Origin: an uncultured delta proteobacterium
Lineage (GTDB): Bacteria; Desulfobacterota; Desulfobacteria; Desulfobacterales; JAHEIW01
Length of the DNA stretch: 64,000 nucleotides
Reading direction: 5' to 3'
Assembly: GCA_963706575.1 (NCBI GenBank)
Contig: CAVPNL010000022.1
Location: 1 to 64,000 of the forward strand
Both the position numbers and the translations under genes were made by a program. Every line of letters begins with the position of its first letter. The first letter of the stretch is position 1. Under the pieces are notes generated by a model. It did no database searches and was not told the DNA's origin. It was given only the letters and a program-made list of their open reading frames with translations. Of this stretch, positions 56,966 through 64,000 are shown one piece after another.

Positions 56966-59900
56966 AAACGATGATCGCCTGGTTTGCCGGAAATCATGTT
57001 GCCGCAAATCTCCTAATGCTCTTCTTTTTGATAGCCGGAATCATTACGGGCCTGACGATGAAAGTGGAAGTTTTTCCCGAAACCGATCTGGATATCATTA
57101 TGATTACCACTGAATATCCGGGAGCCTCTCCTTCTGAAGTCGAAGAGGCCGTCCTGCGCCGTATCGAAGAAAAGATCGCCGGGTTGGCCGGTATCGAACG
57201 CATCGATTCCAGAGCACGCGAAGGGTGGGGCACCGTCACCATCGAAGCCATCAAAGACTGGGATCTGAAAAAGCTTCTGGAAGAGGTCAAAGCCGAGGTC
57301 GACCGTATTACCACATTTCCCGATGAGGCGGAAAAACCAGAAGTTCGCGAGGTCACGCGCCGCAGCAATGTTCTCAATGTGGCCGTCTACGGGGATGCCC
57401 GTGAAAAAACCATCAAACATCTGGCCGAACAAATCAAAGATGATATTACCAATCTGCCGGGCATCACCCTGGCGGAAATTTACGGTATTCGCAAAAATGA
57501 GGTCTCTATTGAAATTTCAGAAGCCACGCTTCGGCGTTATGGACTGACCCTGGGCCAGGTGGCCGAGGCCGTACGCAAAGCCAGCCTCGACCTTCCGGCC
57601 GGTCGAATCAAGACCGCCGGTGGCGAAATTTTAATCCGCACCAAAGGCCGGCGTTATTTTGCCGAGGATTATCGCGATGTGGCGGTTATTACGCGTCCCG
57701 ATGGCAGCAAAGTTACCCTGGGGCAGATCGCCGACCTGAAGGACGACTTCGAAGACGTCGATATCAGTGCCAGGTTTCAGGGCAAAACCGCTGCAATGAT
57801 CTATGTATATCGCGTGGCCGATCAAAATGCATTAACGGTGGCCAAAACGGTCAAAGACTATATCGAAAAAAAGCGGCCCGGTCTTCCGGAAGGTGTCAGC
57901 ATCGCCTTTTACTCGGATCGATCCGAGATATTGAAAAGCCGCTTGGAGCTGCTGTTAAGAAATATGGCCATCGGTCTATTTCTGGTTGTCTTGCTGCTGG
58001 GGGTGGTGATGAATTTGCGTCTGGCCTTCTGGGTCACCCTGGGCATACCGATTTCTTTCGCCTTCGGATTATTTCTCCTGCCGCAATTTGATATCTCCAT
58101 CAATATGATTTCCGTGTTTGCCTTCATCATGGTACTGGGCATCGTGGTTGATGATGCCATCATCATCGGTGAAAACATTTATCGCAAGCAGGAAGAAGGT
58201 TACGGTCCCCTTAAGGCCGCCGTGGAAGGCGCCCTGGAAGTGGGCCGACCGGTCATTTTTTCGGTGTTGACCACCATGGTCGCCTTCTGGCCCTTGCTGC
58301 TGGCCGGCGGCCGCATGGGCAAATTGATGCGCAACCTTCCGATCGTGGTGATCCTGGTTTTATTGGGTTCATTGATCGAGTCTCTTTTTATTTTGCCCTC
58401 ACATCTGGAGCGCAGTGCCCGCAGCGCCACCCGGCAAAAAGAAGCGCGTCCGAAAGAAAATCGATTCTCACGGTGGTTAAAACAGTTTATCAACGGGCCC
58501 TATGTGCGGGTGGTCGATTTTTGCGTCCGGTGGCGCTACGCAACGCTGGCTTTTTCCATCGCACTGTTAACGATCAGTTACGGGATCTGGTATGCCGGAT
58601 GGGTCAAATTTACGTATTTCCCCACAGTCGAGGGCAATACCATGCGCACCTATGTGACCATGCCGGTGGGCACGCCGGTCGAACGCACCTGGGAGGTGAT
58701 CCGTCAGATGGAGCGAGCCGCTCTGGAAGCCGTGTCGGAAGCCGAGAAAAAGCGTCCCAAAGATGCGAGGCCCCTTTTGGAATACAGTATGGTACAGGTC
58801 GGCAGTCACTCGGGTCGGGGTGCCACCGAAGGGACCGGCGGTCATCTGGCTCAGGCCTGGATCAACCTGTTAGACAGTGAATACCGGGATATCAGCACGG
58901 CCCAGCTCACCCGGAACTGGCGCCGCAAAGTCGGTTCAATTCCGGACGCGGAAACGATTACCTACCGCAGTGAAATCCATACGGCCGGCAATCCGATTGA
59001 AGTGCATCTGTCTTCCGATGATCATGATCAGCTGTTGGTGGCTGCCGCCGCTTTGAAGACGGAGCTGCGCAGCTATCCCGGCGTATTTGATGTCGGCGAT
59101 AGCTTTCTGCCCGGCAAAAAGGAAATGCAGCTCAAGTTGAAACCGGCTGCCCGCAGTCTGGGATTAACCCTGGAGGATCTGGCCCGCCAGGTGCGACATG
59201 CCTTTTACGGGGCCGAGGCCCTGCGCATGCAGCGGGGCAAAGACGAGGTCAAAGTGATGATCCGCTATCCGGAGAGTGAACGCCAGTCTATGGGATATGT
59301 GGAAAATATGCGGATACGGACACCCGCAGGTGCCGAGGTGCCGTTTAATCAGGTGGCGCAGGTTGATATCCAGCAGGGCTATGCAACCATCGAGAGAGCC
59401 CAGCGCTATCGTGTGGTAAAGGTCACCGCCGACGTGGAAGAGAAAGTGACCAACGCCAATGAGGTTCGAAATCTGCTGACAGCGGATTTCCTGCCTGATC
59501 TGAAAGCCCGCTATCCCGGTTTGCGCTATACGATTGAAGGCGTGGGCAAGCAGCAGCAGGAGACCTGGGCGGATGTCTTTAAGGGATTCGGTTTGGCGCT
59601 TTTCGGGATTTATGCGCTGCTGGCTATTCCTTTCCGTTCATTTACCCAGCCCCTGGTGGTTATGGTGGCCATACCCTTTGGTTTTGTCGGGGCCTTATGT
59701 GGGCACCTGATTATGGGGTTCAATTTAAGTATCCTCAGCATCTTCGGCATGGTCGGCCTGGCCGGCGTTGTGGTCAACGATTCCCTGGTTCTGGTTTATG
59801 CTGCCAATCGTTTGCGGAGTGCTGGCGACAATGCCCATGATGCCGTCATTAAAGCCGGTTGTATGCGCTTCAGAGCCATTTTGCTGACCTCGTTAACGAC

Positions 59901-60105
59901 CTTTGCCGGACTCTCCCCCATGATTTTCGAACGCAGCGTGCAGGCCCAGTTTCTAATTCCCATGGCAATAAGTCTGGGCTTTGGTGTTTTGTTCGCCACC
60001 TTTATCACGCTGATTTTGGTTCCGTGTGGCTTTATAATCCGGGAAGATATCCTTCATTTGGCGAGTGCCATCAAAGCCAAGCTAATTTCAACTCCCACTT
60101 CTTGA
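56962..60105 (+). CDS. RND efflux permease (AcrB/CzcA superfamily)
   Basis: 1047 aa; 'YPGASPSEVE', 'GIVVDDAIIIGENI', 'GVVVNDSLV', 'RFRAILLTSLTT'. Confidence 0.95.
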   Translation: MKTMIAWFAGNHVAANLLMLFFLIAGIITGLTMKVEVFPETDLDIIMITTEYPGASPSEVEEAVLRRIEEKIAGLAGIERIDSRAREGWGTVTIEAIKDWDLKKLLEEVKAEVDRITTFPDEAEKPEVREVTRRSNVLNVAVYGDAREKTIKHLAEQIKDDITNLPGITLAEIYGIRKNEVSIEISEATLRRYGLTLGQVAEAVRKASLDLPAGRIKTAGGEILIRTKGRRYFAEDYRDVAVITRPDGSKVTLGQIADLKDDFEDVDISARFQGKTAAMIYVYRVADQNALTVAKTVKDYIEKKRPGLPEGVSIAFYSDRSEILKSRLELLLRNMAIGLFLVVLLLGVVMNLRLAFWVTLGIPISFAFGLFLLPQFDISINMISVFAFIMVLGIVVDDAIIIGENIYRKQEEGYGPLKAAVEGALEVGRPVIFSVLTTMVAFWPLLLAGGRMGKLMRNLPIVVILVLLGSLIESLFILPSHLERSARSATRQKEARPKENRFSRWLKQFINGPYVRVVDFCVRWRYATLAFSIALLTISYGIWYAGWVKFTYFPTVEGNTMRTYVTMPVGTPVERTWEVIRQMERAALEAVSEAEKKRPKDARPLLEYSMVQVGSHSGRGATEGTGGHLAQAWINLLDSEYRDISTAQLTRNWRRKVGSIPDAETITYRSEIHTAGNPIEVHLSSDDHDQLLVAAAALKTELRSYPGVFDVGDSFLPGKKEMQLKLKPAARSLGLTLEDLARQVRHAFYGAEALRMQRGKDEVKVMIRYPESERQSMGYVENMRIRTPAGAEVPFNQVAQVDIQQGYATIERAQRYRVVKVTADVEEKVTNANEVRNLLTADFLPDLKARYPGLRYTIEGVGKQQQETWADVFKGFGLALFGIYALLAIPFRSFTQPLVVMVAIPFGFVGALCGHLIMGFNLSILSIFGMVGLAGVVVNDSLVLVYAANRLRSAGDNAHDAVIKAGCMRFRAILLTSLTTFAGLSPMIFERSVQAQFLIPMAISLGFGVLFATFITLILVPCGFIIREDILHLASAIKAKLISTPTS

Positions 60106-60172
60106 ATTTTCTGAAAATCGACAGTTCATTTTTAAAACAGAGAAAAAAGTTACAAAGGTGCCCTCAACAATA

Positions 60173-60302
60173 AGTGAACTAAAGTTGGGAGTGATCTAAA
60201 GTGACTAAAGTTAAGGAATTCTGTCATTTATATATAAAAGCCAGAGCGCAGCGAAACCATAACTTTAGGCATTTTAGTTCATTTTAGGCATTTTAGGCAC
60301 TT
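60173..60302. repeat. Family A inverted 9-mer element, copy 3
   Basis: agtgaactaaagttgggagtgatctaaagtgactaaagtt-core-actttaggcattttagttcattttaggcattttaggcactt; core nearly identical to copy 2. Confidence 0.9.
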
Positions 60303-60370
60303 CTTGTTTTAGAGCACAGCTATCAGGTACGAAATGAATCTTGAAAATAACTTCTAAGGACAAATAACCA

Positions 60371-61858
60371 TTAATGCACTCCGGCGGGTTTTGTGCGGGT
60401 TTCCCGGGCGGCGACCTGGGGATCGATGCGCCACGTGATGATGGGTGAAAGGGTATAAAGCAGCATGTAAATCAGGCAGGCTTGGCCATAGTAGGGCGTA
60501 AATACAGTGAAGATGACAATCAATGATGCGCGCCCAAACCAGGGATGCCGGCTCATGAAGCGACCCAGATGCAGATAGCGGACCGGATAGAGATTCATCA
60601 GCATTGCGGCAATTATCACCAATCCAAAGCAAAAAATACCCCAAAATCGTATCCAGTCTGAGGCGTCATTAACTGCCTGACCAAAGATGATCAAACCCGA
60701 CATGACCAGCATCGCCGCCGCCGGCGTCGGCATGCCTTTGAAAAATCCGGGAATCGGTGATTTGTCCAATGTGAAATAAACCAACCGGACGATTCCCAAC
60801 AGTGCATACAGCCAGGCAATCAAGCCGACCGGCAATTTTTGAATGAACGGATCCGGATAGCTGATAAGTACGATATAAAATATCCAGGCCGGTGCAATAC
60901 AGAAGCTGACGGCATCTGATATATCGTCGAGCAGGCTTCCAAAATTGATGGCTTTTTTCGGCTTCTCCTCCTCCAGGGGTTCTGTCAGACCCAGTTTGCG
61001 CGCTACGGCACCGTCGAGCTTGTCAAATAATGCCGCACCGATTAAAAATAGGGATGCTTCCCGGATGCGCCCTTGATATGCAAAAAACACGGCCAGCAGC
61101 CCCATCATTGCATTCATGACGGTCAACGCGTTGGGAAAGAAAGCCAGAATCCGGCGGCGCAGCGGTTCGTTCCCCAGACACAGCTCATCCAAACATAACG
61201 TCCCATACTTGCGGACGTATCCCGCAATTGATCCGAAATTAATGATCAAGAATATGATTTCGATAAAGAATAAACCCCGCAGCGGCAAATTGCCCAGCCA
61301 TGAAATCCAGAAATAAATTTTTGAAGGCGGGCCCTCCGGCACATAAAACGCATAGGCATAAAGCAGGGCGCCAACCGGTGCGGCAACAATGGTTCGCAGG
61401 CGGGTGAACTCTTTTAATTCGGGTTCCTGGTCGGTGCGGACGGCAAAACCGCGCATGAAATGCGCGAAATTATCCCGGACGAGGACGGTTACCGCCAGAA
61501 AGAGAACCAGAATGGCATGCAGCATTTCCCCTCTGGTGGGGTCCGGTGAACTGAAGTGAACCCGCCACATGACTCCGACGGCGACCAGCGGAAAAATAAT
61601 GGAGTAGACTAATTTGTCCATCAGGCGGTCGGCCAGTTGCTCCAGTCTGGGATGGAGCTCGAAGCGGGCAGCAAACCAGCCATCGACCAGGTCAAAACTC
61701 ATGGAGATAAATAACAACAAAACCCCAATCGTATACAGAATCGGGCTCTGCGTCCACATAACGGCAACGGCGCAGATCAATCCTGCAAAAACCAGGGGTG
61801 GGCGCCCGTAAACGAAAAGCGCCGTGATTTTCTGTGAAATGATTTCTTTCTTGGTCAT
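60371..61858 (-). CDS. Double-domain CDP-alcohol phosphatidyltransferase family protein
   Basis: Two CDP-AP motifs, 'DLVDGWFAARF...LADRLMD' and 'DKLDGAVARKLG...GSLLDDISD'; 'FFKGMPTPAAA' (PssA-like). Confidence 0.85.
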   Translation of the reverse strand: MTKKEIISQKITALFVYGRPPLVFAGLICAVAVMWTQSPILYTIGVLLLFISMSFDLVDGWFAARFELHPRLEQLADRLMDKLVYSIIFPLVAVGVMWRVHFSSPDPTRGEMLHAILVLFLAVTVLVRDNFAHFMRGFAVRTDQEPELKEFTRLRTIVAAPVGALLYAYAFYVPEGPPSKIYFWISWLGNLPLRGLFFIEIIFLIINFGSIAGYVRKYGTLCLDELCLGNEPLRRRILAFFPNALTVMNAMMGLLAVFFAYQGRIREASLFLIGAALFDKLDGAVARKLGLTEPLEEEKPKKAINFGSLLDDISDAVSFCIAPAWIFYIVLISYPDPFIQKLPVGLIAWLYALLGIVRLVYFTLDKSPIPGFFKGMPTPAAAMLVMSGLIIFGQAVNDASDWIRFWGIFCFGLVIIAAMLMNLYPVRYLHLGRFMSRHPWFGRASLIVIFTVFTPYYGQACLIYMLLYTLSPIITWRIDPQVAARETRTKPAGVH

Positions 61859-62192
61859 GGCGATGTTAATTTTATCTGAAGTGAACCCGGGTTTCCAATC
61901 AAACCGGTTGAAGCGTTTCAGGAACGGCGGTTGATTCGATTCATAGACAGTGAAGTGCAGATATTGATGGCCACACAAGTATACGCTTCAGGTGGTACAG
62001 GATGAACCCAGCTCATTATTCGCTAGGAACTGCCATAATAGAAGATCTGCCAAAACCTGTCAAGAATGTGTGCGATCCTTTGCCTTCTCCGTTGCTTTCT
62101 GATAATGCAATGGAAGCAATGAAAGCCACCACCATTATTTAATTTGCCACCTCAATGCCTTTTTTTGAGATAGCGTCTAAACTGGATTGCCC

Positions 62193-63809
62193 ATGTCACA
62201 GTCGGTCTATAAAAAAGTCGGAATCGCCTCGCTGATCATGATGGCCTCGATTTTTTTGAGCCGGCTTTTCGGGTTTTTGCGGCTAATGATCATTGCCTAT
62301 GTTGGCGGACGCAGTGGCGAAGTCGATGCCTATCAGGTTGCCTTTGTCATTCCCGAAATTTTAAACCACATTATCGCCAGCGGTTTTCTTTCCATCACGT
62401 TTATCCCCATATTTTCCCGCTACCTGGCAGCCGGCAGAGAAGCGTACGGGTGGAAAATTTTTTCCATCATTTTAAGCTGTTTTGGGACGCTGCTGATTTT
62501 GTTTATGATGATTGGCATGATATTTACGCCTGAAATCGTGACGCTGATCGCCCGCGGGAGAACGGACCCGGCCTTCCGGCTGCAGGTTATCCGGATGACA
62601 CGCATTATTTTGCCCGCCCAGTTTTTCTTTTTTGCCGGTGGGCTCTTTATGGCCGTTCAATTCGCCAAGGAGAAATTTTTGATACCCGCTCTGGCACCGC
62701 TTTTCTATAATCTCGGAATTATTGCCGGCGGTCTTTTGCTGGGCCCTAAACTGGGAATGGAAGGCTTCTCCTGGGGAGTGCTGCTTGGAGCGCTTGTCGG
62801 AAATTTTGGCCTCCAGTACTGGGGGGCCAGAAGGATCGGCATGCAATATTCGCCAATTTTTGATTTCAACCATCCGGATCTGAAAAAATATATCAAGCTT
62901 ACCCTGCCGCTGATGCTCGGGCTAACCCTGTTTTTTTCCATGGAAATTTTCATGAAATTTTTCGGCAGCTATCTGCCGCCGGGCAGCATTGCAGATTTAG
63001 AATACAGCCTGCGAACCGTGCTTCTTTTAGTCGCATTTTTTGGCCAGGCCTTAGGCGTGGCTTCCTATCCGTTTATGGCCCGTCTGATTGCCGAAAATAA
63101 ATTGGCGGAAATGAACCAATTGCTCAATGACACCCTGCGCTATCTATCCCTGGTCATTCCTTTTTCGGTGCTGCTCATGGTGCTTCGGCAAGAGGTGATT
63201 TTAATACTGTTTCAGCGGGGAAAATTTGATGCCGCTGCAACCGGTCAGGCATCTGTGGTGCTTATTTTTTTCCTGATTGGATCTTTTGCCTTTGCGGCCA
63301 ATACCATTGTGCCGCGTGCCTACTACGCCATGCAAGACACACTTTTCCCGGCAATTTATGCGACCATTGCTGTGATATTAAGCATCCCGCTGTATCTGGC
63401 CGGTTTAAATTTCCTGGGAGCCCGGGGAATCGCACTGGCGGTTTCGCTGTCGGCGATATTTCAGGTCTACCTCTTATACACACTTTGGAATAAACGTACC
63501 CAAAACAAGGGAAGTCGTGATGTGTATGTGACTTATCTGAAGATGTTTTTTCTCAGTGTGCTGCTGGGAATTTTCATGGTCGGGTTTAAGTTAAAGGTGC
63601 TGGGCGGGATTGATTCAACAACATTTAGCGGCAGCTTATGGGTTGCGTTTATCACCGGAATCGTTTTTATGGGGATCCTGTTTTTGGGCGGTTACCTCCT
63701 TAAAATCAAGGAGATCAGAGAAGTGATTCATCGGGTCACCCAAAGATTACCAGCGAATCAGCGCACTGCCCCAGGTCAGTCCGCCTCCGAAAACCGGCAA
63801 ACAGATTAA
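62193..63809 (+). CDS. murJ: Lipid II flippase MurJ (MviN)
   Basis: 'LSRLFGFLR', 'DAYQVAFVIPE', 'TFIPIF', 'LFQRGKFD', 'RAYYAMQDT'. Confidence 0.9.
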   Translation: MSQSVYKKVGIASLIMMASIFLSRLFGFLRLMIIAYVGGRSGEVDAYQVAFVIPEILNHIIASGFLSITFIPIFSRYLAAGREAYGWKIFSIILSCFGTLLILFMMIGMIFTPEIVTLIARGRTDPAFRLQVIRMTRIILPAQFFFFAGGLFMAVQFAKEKFLIPALAPLFYNLGIIAGGLLLGPKLGMEGFSWGVLLGALVGNFGLQYWGARRIGMQYSPIFDFNHPDLKKYIKLTLPLMLGLTLFFSMEIFMKFFGSYLPPGSIADLEYSLRTVLLLVAFFGQALGVASYPFMARLIAENKLAEMNQLLNDTLRYLSLVIPFSVLLMVLRQEVILILFQRGKFDAAATGQASVVLIFFLIGSFAFAANTIVPRAYYAMQDTLFPAIYATIAVILSIPLYLAGLNFLGARGIALAVSLSAIFQVYLLYTLWNKRTQNKGSRDVYVTYLKMFFLSVLLGIFMVGFKLKVLGGIDSTTFSGSLWVAFITGIVFMGILFLGGYLLKIKEIREVIHRVTQRLPANQRTAPGQSASENRQTD

Positions 63810-64000
63810 ATCGTTGGGCTTGATGCTTCCGTCGCGGACCGCTTCATCTAGTGAGATAGCACAGGAAGCCGAAGAGATATTGCCGTATTTGTGCAGGGTC
63901 AAATAAAAACGCTCAAAGGGCACCTTCAGGGATTTGGCAATATTTTGAAACATGCGGATATTGGCTTGATGGGGAATAAACCAGTCGACGTCTTCAACGT
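63747..64000 (-). CDS. fabH: 3-oxoacyl-ACP synthase III, C-terminal part (runs off the window)
   Basis: 'IPHQANIRM', 'KYGNISSAS', 'FGGGLTWGSALIRW'. Confidence 0.9.
   Translation of the reverse strand, partial: VEDVDWFIPHQANIRMFQNIAKSLKVPFERFYLTLHKYGNISSASCAISLDEAVRDGSIKPNDLICLPVFGGGLTWGSALIRW

Noticed and set aside
15985..60302. CRISPR array interpretation of the recurring repeats
   Set aside because: The units are 7-9 nt, degenerate and tandem without unique 30-40-nt spacers, and no cas genes are present.

Overview
Chromosomal window from what looks like an anaerobic Desulfobacterales-type deltaproteobacterium. This is inferred from gene content: ptsH-ptsI-smpB, fhs, CoA activase, a LIV-type ABC operon with an acyl-CoA ligase, a selenoprotein and sigma54/sigma28 promoters. 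It holds about 45 housekeeping or metabolic genes: a CDF transporter, PTS EI/HPr, a LIV-like ABC operon, an acyl-CoA catabolism cluster (bcd, hbd, thiolase, crotonase, HMG-CoA-lyase-like, coaE), gpt, fhs, a heterodimeric ABC exporter, an RNase II-family protein, an RND efflux operon, murJ and a partial fabH. Features the ORF track misses or cannot show: (1) a 75-aa glutaredoxin-like protein with two in-frame UGA codons, probably selenocysteine, each followed by a SECIS-like hairpin (4437-4664). (2) A divergent locus with two paralogous lipoproteins and an FHA-TM-TPR protein, controlled by a perfect sigma28 promoter on one side and a sigma54 promoter plus c-di-GMP-I riboswitch and terminator on the other (40178-45046). 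(3) A pervasive multi-family system of intergenic elements built from 7-9-nt tandem units in inverted arms, with small hairpin modules inserted into them and in one case into another module. (4) A 155-bp MITE-like element with perfect 18-bp terminal inverted repeats. (5) A molybdopterin oxidoreductase broken by three +1 homopolymer frameshifts. (6) A gpt gene that apparently starts at ATC. No CRISPR array, rRNA, tRNA, tmRNA, transposase or prophage was seen.
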